57,414 nt of DNA from a virus (lineage: Duplodnaviria; Caudoviricetes). The translations under genes and the position numbers were made by a program. The stretch is taken from the IMG/VR virus record IMGVR_UViG_3300046007_006572, positions 1-57,414 of that record; one strand, 5' to 3'. Below are positions 38,871 through 49,734 of the stretch, piece by piece (position 1 is the first letter of the stretch; every line of letters starts with the position of its first letter). The notes below the pieces were generated by a model. It searched no databases, was not told the DNA's origin, and worked only from the letters and a program-made list of their open reading frames with translations.

Positions 38871-40427
38871 TTAAAATTGTATAATAAATCTAACATTCTC
38901 AGCTTGACCATCTTCTCTTTCTATTTTTTCGATGTTTTCGACGTACAGTACATCACCAGAATATGGTTCAAATTCAGGATTAGTTGACGCCACAACTGTT
39001 CTTGATGCGCCTGAAGTTGCTCCAATCAGTGAAAGACCAACAACAAAAGTTCCTTGAACTTGAGTAATTTTTACAGCACTTGCAGTTTGTGAATAAACAA
39101 AACCATAAGCTACAGTGTTATTAGCAGTTACTTGAGACACATACTCATTCAGTGTATAAGACGGACCCGGTGTTAAGGTCAACGTTCTTGCTTGAGATAT
39201 AACTGAATTTGCTGTTGAGTTGTTTGCTTTTGCTGCTTGACCATATTTATGCGGGTTTCTAAGCAGTCCAAATTGTCTAAAAGAAGTATCTACAGAAATC
39301 AAACCGTTTTCTGTAGAATCTACTTCTCCAATTCTAGCTGTAACTTCAACATTTTTTGCCAACAAATCTTTTGCTGGATTCTTAGCATGACCGTACTTGG
39401 GCGCAATAATTGCTCTTGCATTGGCACCTGTGCCTGAACCGAATATTAAAACATTGGCTCTAGAGTAACCAGTTCCAATTGTTGTCAATGTAATCTTAGT
39501 TATGGCTCCATTAGCCAAAGTTGCAGATGCCGCAGCACTTGTTCCATCACCATCAAAGTAAATTCGTGTTGCGAAAGACAAGTTATTACCAGTTCCACCA
39601 CCATTTGCTGTTGCGGGTGAAGATAAGGTTATTTTATTATTTGGCGTATCAAGAACAGAAATAATAGCACCAGTTGGAATGCCTGTTCCAGAAACCGTCA
39701 TGTTTGCAGCAACATTCGTTGTATTGGCGACTGTCAAAATTGAGCAGCCAGTAATAAACGAAGTGACATTGACACTCGTATCATAGTAACCGGAACCAGC
39801 ACTTGTAATTACCACTGTTGTCAGTTCACCTTCTACTACACCAGTATCATCTAAGTTGAAGTCTGACAGTGTACTTGCTTGTGTATTTCGTGTTGGAGTT
39901 GGTACCCACTCTGTACTCAAGAATTTGTTCGATGATTTTACATTGAACATATACTTCCAAATGTAACCATCAGCCGTTGAGATAGCACCATTTGATGTTG
40001 AATAATCACCCGTTGGCTCTACTGTAGAGTTTGAAGAGAAATTGTTTGACAGACATTTGTAAACGTTTTTAGCCGATGTAATAATATAGAATGGCTTTAG
40101 ATTCTGAGATGTGTTGCCAGTAACTAAATCTGACAAAGCAATCGTATCATCATATTGACGATACTTTGTATTTGCTGTCCAGTTGACTCTTGGAATTACA
40201 AGCTCAACATCGTTTGCCGTAACTCTCTTTGCCGCAAACATATTATCCCAAACAGACTTCTCACTTGAGATTGTTTCCACAATGCTTGGTGGTGAAGATT
40301 CATTGGCATATGGAGTATGATTTCCAATGAAAACATACTGAATAGATGGATCCGAGTCGCTAAAAGAGTTTTTGAATCTCTCGGCGTTTTCTAGTGCAAG
40401 TTTTTCGGATGTGTAATTTAGAGCCAT
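38871..40427 (-). CDS. g8: Baseplate wedge protein gp8
   Basis: VIPRVNWT, VYKCLSN, ADGYIWKYMF and C-terminal SGDVLYVEN..IER...Q.E.VRFIIQF. Confidence 0.9.
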   Translation of the reverse strand: MALNYTSEKLALENAERFKNSFSDSDPSIQYVFIGNHTPYANESSPPSIVETISSEKSVWDNMFAAKRVTANDVELVIPRVNWTANTKYRQYDDTIALSDLVTGNTSQNLKPFYIITSAKNVYKCLSNNFSSNSTVEPTGDYSTSNGAISTADGYIWKYMFNVKSSNKFLSTEWVPTPTRNTQASTLSDFNLDDTGVVEGELTTVVITSAGSGYYDTSVNVTSFITGCSILTVANTTNVAANMTVSGTGIPTGAIISVLDTPNNKITLSSPATANGGGTGNNLSFATRIYFDGDGTSAAASATLANGAITKITLTTIGTGYSRANVLIFGSGTGANARAIIAPKYGHAKNPAKDLLAKNVEVTARIGEVDSTENGLISVDTSFRQFGLLRNPHKYGQAAKANNSTANSVISQARTLTLTPGPSYTLNEYVSQVTANNTVAYGFVYSQTASAVKITQVQGTFVVGLSLIGATSGASRTVVASTNPEFEPYSGDVLYVENIEKIEREDGQAENVRFIIQF

Positions 40428-40436
40428 AAGTTTTGT

Positions 40437-42932
40437 TTAAGTAATAATTATCAACGTCTGTGCAGAGGCGTTGCTTGTAAATGCACTTGAAACTGTCAAT
40501 GATGTATTGCTGACAATTGCATTGATTGTTCGAATCTGATTATTTATAGCGATTTGTGTGCCAATCGAAATGATACCTAGAGTATTTGCTATATTGAATT
40601 TAGTACCGGTACCAGTGACAGTAATAGAGCCGTTTGTCGTAGATACTAAACCAGAAATTGTTTCTGTGACTGATGACTCAACTGTGGCTTCCGAATCTAT
40701 GGAACGAGAGATTGGATATTCAGCAAAGTTTCTGAAACCAGCAGGATGAAGCAGATTCTTCAAAATAGCTGCGTACTTTGAAAATTCGGTGGCAACTGAA
40801 GTCACATAAGTGAAGTCGATATAGTAATCTAGACCCTCAATCTTTCTATCTAAAGAAGATATAATACCATCAGAACCTACCCATTTTCCTGGGAAAGAAA
40901 TATACGACCTTTCAATCTGTGCATTAGCTGTTGCAGTTCCATCACCAAAGTTTCCTAAATCAATCGTAGGAATGAATTGATAGCCTGCACCAGGATTTGT
41001 TATTTTGATTCGTGTAATTTGCCCCGAAACTCCAGAACCAGTAATTCCAAGTCTGTCACCATCACCCATCAAAGATGTAATTTGTAAGTTTGCTGCTGAA
41101 CCTGTAGCAGAAGAAACTGAAACTGTTGGGAAGTTGTTTTGTTCGTATCCTTGACCACCAATCAAATATCGGTCATATGCACCGATTCTTCTCTCTGTAG
41201 ATGTTCTTGTGAAAGACACATTTACATTCAATGATGTTGCCGAAAGAATCGAATTAACATATCTAGCTTCAGAGTTAATCATGATTTGGTCACCAACCGC
41301 CAGTTCATTGACGAAATCTGTTCCTGTTCCAACGACAACAACATTACCTGCTGTTGTATTAGCATTACCACTAATTCTTGTTGGTTGAATTTCGATTCTA
41401 GTAATCGCACCAGAAGCGTTTGTGTTTGTAACCGCTGCGGCAAATCCTCTTCCATAGGTTCCAACAGGATTTGCGCCAATAACAATTTCATCACCTATTT
41501 TGTAGCCAGTACCACCAGATACAATATCAATTCTACCAATAGAACCAAAAGAACCTATATCAAAAGTATTTGCGTACTTAGCACCGTCAGCAATAATGGT
41601 TAGATTTGATGCGTTAGTTCCAGAGTAAATGATAGCAACGTTGGTTATTGGACCAATATCAGTAATCGTTGCTTTTGAAAAAGCATCGACAAGACGAGTT
41701 GCTATATTCTCACCTGACGGTATTACAGTTGATGGGAATCCATAGTTTGAATTTGAAAGAACTATATTTGCATACGTGTTGATTGTGTCAGTGAAAAGCG
41801 TATACGAATTGGCAGAGTTTGCACCTGATGTGTCAATCGCTTGAGATGCTAATGTAATCGTACCATCATCATTAAATGCTGTTATAATACCACCAAGTGC
41901 AAAGCCTGCACCACCATAACCAACAGTTGCAGCATCAGCAAAACCAACTGACACTTCATCAACAATTGCTTCGGCAGGAGTTTGTGGAGCACCACCAATA
42001 ATTGTTACTGGGTCACCAACGTTATAACTAGTGCCGCCATTTATTATTGTAATCGAGCTGAGTGTTGCAACGGTATCTGACCGTATTGTAATAAGAGTTA
42101 CACCATCATCGGCAAAAACATCGGATGTGATTGTTTCGGCGTTAAGAAACGAACCAGACAAAGTGGATTCGTCAACATATAATTCAATTGAAGTTTGCTG
42201 AGTAATTAATCTTGGCGCCGCACGTTCAACAATTGCAGTAGCACCAGAAGTCAGGCCTGTGATTTTTCTGTTTGTAAATAATGTTTCATCAAAATCATCA
42301 TATACAACTTTTATTTTAGCGTTACTGGCTGGAGCAGAATTGAATACTATCTTTTTTGCTTCTTTGAGAATATAAAAGCCACTTGTAGTTACAACATCAT
42401 TTACATAAACTGTAACATCCGAATCGGCAACTTCTTGTGGAAGAATAAAAATTTTTGTTGTGCCATCACCCACATAATAAGAATAAACATCGTTGTCAAT
42501 TCGAACGACATTTTCTACTGTCCACTTACCGTCTGATGCACGAAGAATATTATCTTTGGGATATGTAATTGTAACTTCTTCACCGTAAAGAAGTCTGAAC
42601 AATAATTCAAATGACTTTACACTACCCTTTGTCAGATATAAAGGTAATGCTTTTTTGATGAGAAGTGCTTTATCAGCAGCAGTATCTAATGGAAATAATG
42701 GTGCATAGTTATTGATAAAGTTTTTCTCAAACTGCTCTATTGAATCATCAACATCCGAAACGTGACGTAAATTTTTGGCTTGCGTAATTAGGTCGTTGAT
42801 TTTTGTTCCTTGTTTTTGCTCAAGGAACTCATAATACGCTTCAAGAAAAGTGACGAAAAGAGGATATTCGTCCCGAACAAACTCAGGAACTTGGCGATTG
42901 ACAAGTATGGATGTTCTCAAATCTGTAGTCAT
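40437..42932 (-). CDS. g7: Baseplate wedge initiator gp7-like
   Basis: QVPEFVRDEYPLFVTFLEAYYEFLE, YLTKGS..SFELLFRLLYGE and LKNLLHPAGF; between g6 and g8. Confidence 0.82.
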   Translation of the reverse strand: MTTDLRTSILVNRQVPEFVRDEYPLFVTFLEAYYEFLEQKQGTKINDLITQAKNLRHVSDVDDSIEQFEKNFINNYAPLFPLDTAADKALLIKKALPLYLTKGSVKSFELLFRLLYGEEVTITYPKDNILRASDGKWTVENVVRIDNDVYSYYVGDGTTKIFILPQEVADSDVTVYVNDVVTTSGFYILKEAKKIVFNSAPASNAKIKVVYDDFDETLFTNRKITGLTSGATAIVERAAPRLITQQTSIELYVDESTLSGSFLNAETITSDVFADDGVTLITIRSDTVATLSSITIINGGTSYNVGDPVTIIGGAPQTPAEAIVDEVSVGFADAATVGYGGAGFALGGIITAFNDDGTITLASQAIDTSGANSANSYTLFTDTINTYANIVLSNSNYGFPSTVIPSGENIATRLVDAFSKATITDIGPITNVAIIYSGTNASNLTIIADGAKYANTFDIGSFGSIGRIDIVSGGTGYKIGDEIVIGANPVGTYGRGFAAAVTNTNASGAITRIEIQPTRISGNANTTAGNVVVVGTGTDFVNELAVGDQIMINSEARYVNSILSATSLNVNVSFTRTSTERRIGAYDRYLIGGQGYEQNNFPTVSVSSATGSAANLQITSLMGDGDRLGITGSGVSGQITRIKITNPGAGYQFIPTIDLGNFGDGTATANAQIERSYISFPGKWVGSDGIISSLDRKIEGLDYYIDFTYVTSVATEFSKYAAILKNLLHPAGFRNFAEYPISRSIDSEATVESSVTETISGLVSTTNGSITVTGTGTKFNIANTLGIISIGTQIAINNQIRTINAIVSNTSLTVSSAFTSNASAQTLIIIT

Positions 42933-44995
42933 TATGATGCCATTTTTTCAAGCGTTGTTACAATTGAAGTCGCATCAGCATCATCTATGGTAATAATCGA
43001 ATTTCTGGTAGATTCAATCACACCCTCTTCAGAAACGGCAGTAAATCTTAACAAGCCATCACTTGAAGATACCGAAAGAACTCTCAAATCGTTTAGAGTA
43101 ATGATACCAGTATCATAGTTGATTTCGCCAACATTTTCATCGATGATTTGTCGATTAGCGTTGGCATCATAATAAATGACTCTTAGTGTGCCAATTTTCG
43201 AATCAATCACTGCTGTTGCTGACCCACTGAAGCCACCTCCACCAGTGATGCTCACAGTCGCACGTGTGTAATCTGTACCACGATTTACCATGCGAATTTG
43301 TGTGATTGCACCACCCTCAATAATTGCTTCAGCAATAGCACCAGTTCCATCACCAGAAATTGTTACAGTTGGTGTTGAAGTGTAACCGTAACCAGGATTT
43401 ATGATTTCAATAGATGAAACACCCGTAAATGATTGTGGTATTTCTTCAATAATCGCTGTTCTTGTTACACCAGTAGCATCAAGAACAGAAAATTCTGTTG
43501 TTGTTAATCTATCCGTTAATGTTCCTCTTTTAATTGGAACACCAAATGTTATGGTGTAATTAGAACTTTGATTTAGTTCCGGCACAATTCTTTTTTGAAG
43601 TTTGACTGTTGTTTCCGAACCAATAATAGCATTTGTATCTACATTATCAATTTGGTCTTGCACTTTTGAAAGAGCAAATATGGCATTAAACTTATTCAAA
43701 TAAGTTTGTTTGTATCCAACAATTGCATTTCTAATTTGTGTAGTAAGTTGTGTTTCAGTGAAAGTGGTTTTCTTTGAATCATACTTGACTTGATTGTTGA
43801 GCAGTATGTACAGATAATCAGGATCTCTAATCTCCGCACTTACCGAAATAATTGATTTTGGTCCAACAATCTCATCAAGAATTCTTTGCTTTTCTGCTTC
43901 ACTTAAATAATAGTTATCTTTCGGTTTCAGAGAAATGAAAACTTTACCATAAACTCTAGGTATCTCATCTTCACCACCCCAAACTGATAATGAATCAATT
44001 GATGGATAATTTTTCTTGATGTATGATTCGTAATCTTTTACTGTAACAAGACGGTTCTGTGTCGTATACTGAAGAGGTGCTGAAAACTTTATTTCATCTA
44101 CACTTTCACGTTCGGCACCACCAGCAGCAGCACTTATAGGTTCAATGATAAAATCACTCTGAGAATTTCCAAGAGAATCTGCTAAAGATGAAGTGGCAAC
44201 AAAGTTATTTGCTTTGTTTGCAGCATCAGCGTTTGTAACAAGATATGAAATGTTGACAACTGCACCGTCAGGCAATTTTTTACCAATTATACCACCACCA
44301 AAATATATTTGATACTGCTGATTTCTATTCTCTTGTAAATAGAAAACTTCAGATTGCGTTGACGTATTGCTTGCATCTAGAGCCAGCGTATAAACTGAAA
44401 TTTGTGTATTCGTAGAAGATGGTTGAACAGTTACAGCAATTGTGGATGTGTCTACACTTGTATCGGGTAATGTAAAAATTTGTTTAGGATTTGTTGCTTC
44501 ATTATGATTGAATGAATATGATGCTAACTGTCCTTCGTAAATTGGCAAATTAGCAAAAGTGAAATCATTATTGGCTTTAGTCACCGTTGTTTCCGATAAA
44601 GTAACAAAACCATAACTAACGCCGTCTATTTCGTTGGATAAAAATCTAAATCCTTTAGGTATAGTTAGAGTTGCCGCAGCGTTCGAACTTGTATTTGCCG
44701 TGAAATTGATTGTTGCAACTGGTGCTTTACGTGAATAAGGAACATAACCTAAAACTTTGGCATGAGATACTACCGAATCTCTAAGCAATGCAGTGTCCAT
44801 GAATGCTTCGTTGGCAATCATGTTCAGATAATATGCTTGATAGTGGGTGTTATAAGCCAAAATGTCAAGCAAAACAGACAGACCTGATCCTTCGAAATCA
44901 TAGTCCGTAAATTCAGTTTGTTGATTTAGAAATGTCTTTAGATTTTGTTTGATTGTGTCAAAATCTAATTCAGTTACTCTTAGTCTATCTGCCAT
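42932..44995 (-). CDS. g6: Baseplate wedge protein gp6
   Basis: ELDFDTIKQNLK, DYDFEGSGLSVLLDILAYNTHY, QNRLVTVKDY and WGGED...YGKVFIS. Confidence 0.95.
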   Translation of the reverse strand: MADRLRVTELDFDTIKQNLKTFLNQQTEFTDYDFEGSGLSVLLDILAYNTHYQAYYLNMIANEAFMDTALLRDSVVSHAKVLGYVPYSRKAPVATINFTANTSSNAAATLTIPKGFRFLSNEIDGVSYGFVTLSETTVTKANNDFTFANLPIYEGQLASYSFNHNEATNPKQIFTLPDTSVDTSTIAVTVQPSSTNTQISVYTLALDASNTSTQSEVFYLQENRNQQYQIYFGGGIIGKKLPDGAVVNISYLVTNADAANKANNFVATSSLADSLGNSQSDFIIEPISAAAGGAERESVDEIKFSAPLQYTTQNRLVTVKDYESYIKKNYPSIDSLSVWGGEDEIPRVYGKVFISLKPKDNYYLSEAEKQRILDEIVGPKSIISVSAEIRDPDYLYILLNNQVKYDSKKTTFTETQLTTQIRNAIVGYKQTYLNKFNAIFALSKVQDQIDNVDTNAIIGSETTVKLQKRIVPELNQSSNYTITFGVPIKRGTLTDRLTTTEFSVLDATGVTRTAIIEEIPQSFTGVSSIEIINPGYGYTSTPTVTISGDGTGAIAEAIIEGGAITQIRMVNRGTDYTRATVSITGGGGFSGSATAVIDSKIGTLRVIYYDANANRQIIDENVGEINYDTGIITLNDLRVLSVSSSDGLLRFTAVSEEGVIESTRNSIITIDDADATSIVTTLEKMAS

Positions 44996-44997
44996 TT

Positions 44998-45420
44998 TTA
45001 TCTAATTCTCTCTAAGAAGAAATCAATGGTAATTGGTATTGGATTATTTACTATTACAAAAGTGAGCGTTATCGCATATGCATTTTCATCAGGAGATGCT
45101 TGCGCTCTGATATTTGTTACTGTAACTCTTGGCTCATAATTTGAAATTGTTTCGGCAATTGCTCTCTCAAGCCTTGATGCTACCAAAGGGTCAACGTTCT
45201 CAAACAAAAGATTGCGAACAGATGACCCTATTTCTGGTCTAAAAGGCTTCTCATAAAAATTGGTCGAAACCAGATTCTTGACTGAATTTATAATTGCATA
45301 CTCGTTGATGTGCTTTGACACATCTTTTTTTACTGGATGCAAAGTAAAATTCAAGTCTAAATCTTTGAATATCCTTTCAGAAGATATTCTTGGATTATTG
45401 GAAGTTATTGTGGTTGACAT
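44998..45420 (-). CDS. g25: Baseplate wedge subunit gp25
   Basis: AIINSVKNLVSTNFYEKPFRPEIGS and ISNYEPRV. Confidence 0.93.
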   Translation of the reverse strand: MSTTITSNNPRISSERIFKDLDLNFTLHPVKKDVSKHINEYAIINSVKNLVSTNFYEKPFRPEIGSSVRNLLFENVDPLVASRLERAIAETISNYEPRVTVTNIRAQASPDENAYAITLTFVIVNNPIPITIDFFLERIR

Positions 45421-45424
45421 CTTT

Positions 45425-45432
45425 TATTTATT
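45425..45432 (-). promoter_or_regulatory. Probable late promoter (AATAAATA) 4 nt before the g25 ATG
   Basis: Minus strand AATAAATA-AAAG-ATG. Confidence 0.5.
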
Positions 45433-46361
45433 CAGTCTCCGATAAACACTGTGCCGGAACCAGTCTGAATTGTTCCTGTATCTGGTCCATTTGTTTCAGT
45501 GTCATTATCTCTTGTGGTATCACCGATTCTGGCGGCTCCATTATCACCATCATTGAGGTTGATTGTTTTACCATTTATTCTTATATCGCCAGTAACATTC
45601 AAGTCGTAGTCTCCGTCAACATATATTCTTACATCACCTTTGATGTAAACTTCTTCATCTCCAACTACAACAGTGTACTTGTTTCTTTGTATTCTTTCTG
45701 CTCTGTCACCTTCTGGTCCCCATTCAACATAAGAGCCTGAACGATGATATAGATGAACTCTCTCTGAACCTTTCGTATCGTCAAACTCTAGCGCATGACC
45801 AGACTCAGATTCATATACATTATTATATGGATATTTTGCATTGTAATATGGATTAGGCTCAACTTTACTTGCCTTGTTTGTTTTCTTTGATGCTACGATT
45901 TCTGATGGATAGTCGGCATCATTTCTTGCAAGTCTTGATGTTGTTGGCTCATCTAACTTACGTGGATAATTAGTTGCAGATTCGTATGGCTTTACTGGAG
46001 CATCAGAAAGTTCAGCAGAAGTTCTTGGGTCGGTAAAAGGCTCTTGATTGTTTGCTGCTCTTAGTGGTATGCCAGGAAAAGAACCAAGCATCACAGGCTC
46101 TTGAGCATTTTCTCCATCAACAAAGAAACCAAACACCATATCTCCTTCTTTGGGAGTATATACAACATTGGTGTTTACTGGTATGTTTGGTATAGCCCAA
46201 GGTAACATATCCGTAGCAAGTTGCATTTTATTTGCAGAATGCCAACCAACACAACGAACACGACAACGACCTAACTTGAGTGGGTCTTTTCTGTCCTCTA
46301 CGACACCAACCCACCAAATAAAGTTTGCTCTGCCAGCAAAATCATATGCGCTTGAATTCAT
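45432..46361 (-). CDS. g5: Baseplate spike gp5 (OB fold plus short beta-helix, no lysozyme domain)
   Basis: WWVGVVEDRKDPLKLGRCRVRC.GWH, YPYNNVYESESGH..EFDDT and LYHRSGSYVE. Confidence 0.9.
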   Translation of the reverse strand: MNSSAYDFAGRANFIWWVGVVEDRKDPLKLGRCRVRCVGWHSANKMQLATDMLPWAIPNIPVNTNVVYTPKEGDMVFGFFVDGENAQEPVMLGSFPGIPLRAANNQEPFTDPRTSAELSDAPVKPYESATNYPRKLDEPTTSRLARNDADYPSEIVASKKTNKASKVEPNPYYNAKYPYNNVYESESGHALEFDDTKGSERVHLYHRSGSYVEWGPEGDRAERIQRNKYTVVVGDEEVYIKGDVRIYVDGDYDLNVTGDIRINGKTINLNDGDNGAARIGDTTRDNDTETNGPDTGTIQTGSGTVFIGD

Positions 46362-47687
46362 TTACGTGCTTTTGAGTAATTCATTTTGTTGGGGATTGCT
46401 TGTATAGATTTCTGGATTATTCGTTGAATCGGTAGCAATCTCAATCAAAGTTTCATGCTTATTGGTTGTTATAGTATGTCTTGCTGCTATAATTAAATAT
46501 TTTCCATTCAAAGAAAGGTCATCATTTGTTGAATCTTTAGTTTTTCTATTGAAGCCGGATGTCAGCACATCTACATTGAATCCAGAGGTCAATTGAAAAT
46601 TACCAGGTAAGACTACTTTCAATCTTTTTGCGGTTAGATTTTTGAAAATTGCTTTTCTTTGAAAAAGAAAACTTTCATAATTTTCCACTTTAGAAATTGA
46701 ATCTGAGTCATATTTTTTGATGTATGAACTGTTCTTTCTGTTTGCTCCAAAAATACTCAATACTTTTCTTGAATCTACTGATGTCAAATTAGTTGTGTTA
46801 TCTTTATTGAATATTTCTGATATATTTGGAGTTTTATTCAAATGTTCGACAAGATTGTAATGTTCATCGAATGAAACATTTTTCTCAGCAAAACTTTTGG
46901 TCAAAGGGTCAAAACCAATAAATTTACCAGCATTTACGCCGCTTTTGATTTTGTCGATAGAATCATTTTGCATCACAACTTCAAATGCTCTAGCACTACT
47001 CATCTCAACCAAAGCATCATTTTGGGATAAATTTTTAGGGTCAAAGTTGACTTTCAAAATTGAGTCTTTATTCAAAAGAGATGATAAAGAAACATAATTG
47101 TAGCCAAAAATATTAGAAAAGAAAATAAAGCTCGGAGCATTTCTATTATCCAATGAACGTTTAGCACACCACTCTATTGCCTCGATAGGAGATAAATTCG
47201 GTATTACAACTTTTCTGATACCGAAAGAATTCTCAATTATACCTTTGTCCCTATTTTCCAGCTTCAAATAAGACGATAAGATTTTCTGTGCAATATCCGA
47301 ATATGTTGATTGATAACTTTGATTTACTTTTTGTTGCAAAGAAAAAACAAATTCGTCGGCAACAAAATGTAGAATATATTTCTCGGCAGATTGATTTACG
47401 TTTTTGCGGTCTGTTTGCTTGTATATTCTAAACGACTTTGTAAATGATAAGAAGTTTGAGCTTTTTTCAATATCAAATAAAATGACTTCTGAACCATCAA
47501 AACTCAAAGATTTGGAAAGTCCAACTGCATCTGTTATCAAAATATTTCCAGTCATCATTGGCATGAACAATGAATCGTAAATATTGATTTCGTCATATAC
47601 AGCAGAAACGTCGATTGGTCCACCTTTAGAAACGATGGAAATCTTTTTTATTTTAAACTGCGTTGAATCTTGTAAAGTTGTTGTCAT
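46362..47687 (-). CDS. Probable baseplate hub protein (gp27-like)
   Basis: Lies between g53 and g5; INIYDSLF...G...I.D and PGNFQLTSG...LNGKYLI.AARH hub-type motifs. Confidence 0.62.
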   Translation of the reverse strand: MTTTLQDSTQFKIKKISIVSKGGPIDVSAVYDEINIYDSLFMPMMTGNILITDAVGLSKSLSFDGSEVILFDIEKSSNFLSFTKSFRIYKQTDRKNVNQSAEKYILHFVADEFVFSLQQKVNQSYQSTYSDIAQKILSSYLKLENRDKGIIENSFGIRKVVIPNLSPIEAIEWCAKRSLDNRNAPSFIFFSNIFGYNYVSLSSLLNKDSILKVNFDPKNLSQNDALVEMSSARAFEVVMQNDSIDKIKSGVNAGKFIGFDPLTKSFAEKNVSFDEHYNLVEHLNKTPNISEIFNKDNTTNLTSVDSRKVLSIFGANRKNSSYIKKYDSDSISKVENYESFLFQRKAIFKNLTAKRLKVVLPGNFQLTSGFNVDVLTSGFNRKTKDSTNDDLSLNGKYLIIAARHTITTNKHETLIEIATDSTNNPEIYTSNPQQNELLKST

Positions 47688-48346
47688 TCTCTAATAATCT
47701 GTTTGAATTCTTCAAAAACATCAGATGCAAATTCAGGCTTCAATAATTTAATTTTTCTCTTATCTTCATTTACTTGCATTTCATATTCATAATATGTCAA
47801 CTTTTCTTTTGTAACAGATTCGGTTATTGTCTTTCCATTTTGAAGAGTGTATGTGACTGAACCGACAATTACATTAGCATAATTATTTGCTGTTATTTGA
47901 ACTTTTTCTTTGATTGTCTTGGTATCAAATGTCTGAGAAACAGAACTTCTTGTGTTTACCTGATAATAAGAATGAATATTGTTTTCGCTTTTTGCCCACT
48001 GTAATCCAGTTTGAACTGTGGTATTTGCTGCTCCGTTTGCAGAATATTTTTCGTTTACATAGTCTATGAAATTGGAATAACTCATTGGCCAATCATACTG
48101 AGGATCAATAATATTATTGAATACCAAAACTACCCAATGCCTTTCAGAACTTCCATAAAGTTTGTATGCGATTGATTCTGGAGTGTCTGAGTCTTTTATT
48201 TCGTATGGATAGAAAACATTAGAGTTTTCTTTGAGTGAAGATTCAAATGCAAATCTTGAAGTGATGTTTGTTACAACATCAAGTGCATTGACACTCTCAT
48301 CGACCTTATAAAATGTTGCTGGAAAAAAATTGAAATAGTTTGCCAT
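47684..48346 (-). CDS. g53: Baseplate wedge protein gp53
   Basis: YEIKDSDTPESIAYKLYGSSERHWVVL..NNI.DP..DWP and YEYE...NEDKRKIKLLKP. Confidence 0.92.
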   Translation of the reverse strand: MANYFNFFPATFYKVDESVNALDVVTNITSRFAFESSLKENSNVFYPYEIKDSDTPESIAYKLYGSSERHWVVLVFNNIIDPQYDWPMSYSNFIDYVNEKYSANGAANTTVQTGLQWAKSENNIHSYYQVNTRSSVSQTFDTKTIKEKVQITANNYANVIVGSVTYTLQNGKTITESVTKEKLTYYEYEMQVNEDKRKIKLLKPEFASDVFEEFKQIIRE

Positions 48347-48352
48347 TTTTTA

Positions 48353-49699
48353 TTATTTTTTAGAAAAAATTCCTCCGTTTTGGGTTTTCAATTGTTCAAC
48401 ATCTACTTTTGTTGAACCGTAACCTTGAGCGGAAGTAAAATCTTCTTTGGTAACATAAGTTGTTTCTCTGAACTGAAGAGTCAATTGAATACCGACTGGC
48501 ATACCTGTGCGACCTATATCGGGATTATTTTCACCAGGAACTTCATATGCTGCCCATCCTCTTGGTGTGTAGTTCACTTGAATGTTTTCTAACACACATG
48601 AAGCAATTGGAGGAATGTTTGGATTCTGGCGCCCTGCATAGAAAAACTGAATGTCGAACTCCGATGGTGGTATCAAAAGACCAGATTGTTTACCTGAAAT
48701 CTTTTCTAGCTCTGGGGCCTGATGAAAACGAAAACGTTCAATAATCTTTTGAACTTCCAGTGCTTCTCTTTCGTCACGTGGCCAAAAGAAAAACTCAAAT
48801 TGAAATTGACGAAAATCTGGTGAGTTGTAAATCAATTCCAACATAGGGTTGACTACTCGACCTGTTACGCCAAAAACACCTAGACGAGTTGTATCTGTGG
48901 CACCAGTTGTTCCACCAATCACTCTTTCACCAAGTGCTTGCAAAGCTCCTGTTTTTTTGATTGCTTCTAAAGCAGCTCTACCACCAGTTCCTGGAGCAGC
49001 ATTTCTATAAGTATCAACTAAACCAGGTAAAGCAACAAGTGCTTGTCCTAAAAGTTCTTTGCCCGGAGATAAACCATCATACGATTGGCGACTATCAAAC
49101 TGAATTGTGTCGGGCATGTATAGTGCAATAGAATCAGTTGTCAACTGTGTTTTATTGATAAATGCAAAAGGTGTTTTATCTGTGATTCTTTTGACTGAAC
49201 TTGTAATATTGTCGTTTATTTTCTGTTCACTACCATATAAAGGAACTGAAGCTGACGTTGTATTTGTTCCTATCCATCCCTCAATACCAGAACGAACTTT
49301 CTGTCCTACATTTCCTCCATACTGGCCAATTTTTTGTGCTACACCAGAAATTCCATTTTGAACTTCTCTGTTTATTTTATCAGCAAAAGAATTGACTACT
49401 TTGCTTGGATTTGTTGCACGTGCAACAGAAACTCCTCTGGACAATTGGTCCTGAATAGCACTTTCAGCATTTGAATCAAAGACTTGACCACCACGATATG
49501 CAGAAGAAAACTGAGTCTCTTTTTGTTGACGCACAAAAAATATCATATAATGGCCTTTGTCGGCACTACCTACATCAAGTGGATACTTTAAGGAATTTTG
49601 TTTGAATCCTCCACTCGTAGCATCTAATACTGAAAGGGGACCAAATGAACGAGTTTCATCGTAATTGAATCTTATTTCTGACAGACCGAAAAATGCCAT
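48353..49699 (-). CDS. g48: Baseplate tail tube cap gp48
   Basis: LKYPLD, IALYMP, NPMLELIYNSPDFRQFQFEF.F.PR, CVLENIQVNYTP and LTLQFRET. Confidence 0.88.
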   Translation of the reverse strand: MAFFGLSEIRFNYDETRSFGPLSVLDATSGGFKQNSLKYPLDVGSADKGHYMIFFVRQQKETQFSSAYRGGQVFDSNAESAIQDQLSRGVSVARATNPSKVVNSFADKINREVQNGISGVAQKIGQYGGNVGQKVRSGIEGWIGTNTTSASVPLYGSEQKINDNITSSVKRITDKTPFAFINKTQLTTDSIALYMPDTIQFDSRQSYDGLSPGKELLGQALVALPGLVDTYRNAAPGTGGRAALEAIKKTGALQALGERVIGGTTGATDTTRLGVFGVTGRVVNPMLELIYNSPDFRQFQFEFFFWPRDEREALEVQKIIERFRFHQAPELEKISGKQSGLLIPPSEFDIQFFYAGRQNPNIPPIASCVLENIQVNYTPRGWAAYEVPGENNPDIGRTGMPVGIQLTLQFRETTYVTKEDFTSAQGYGSTKVDVEQLKTQNGGIFSKK

Positions 49700-49717
49700 G
49701 AGAGTTCCTGTTGGTTG

Positions 49718-49734
49718 ACTAGATAGTATTTATG
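49718..49734. promoter_or_regulatory. Overlapping divergent late promoters between g48 and g4
   Basis: Minus-strand CATAAATA at 49727-49734; plus-strand ACTAGATA variant at 49718-49725. Confidence 0.5.
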
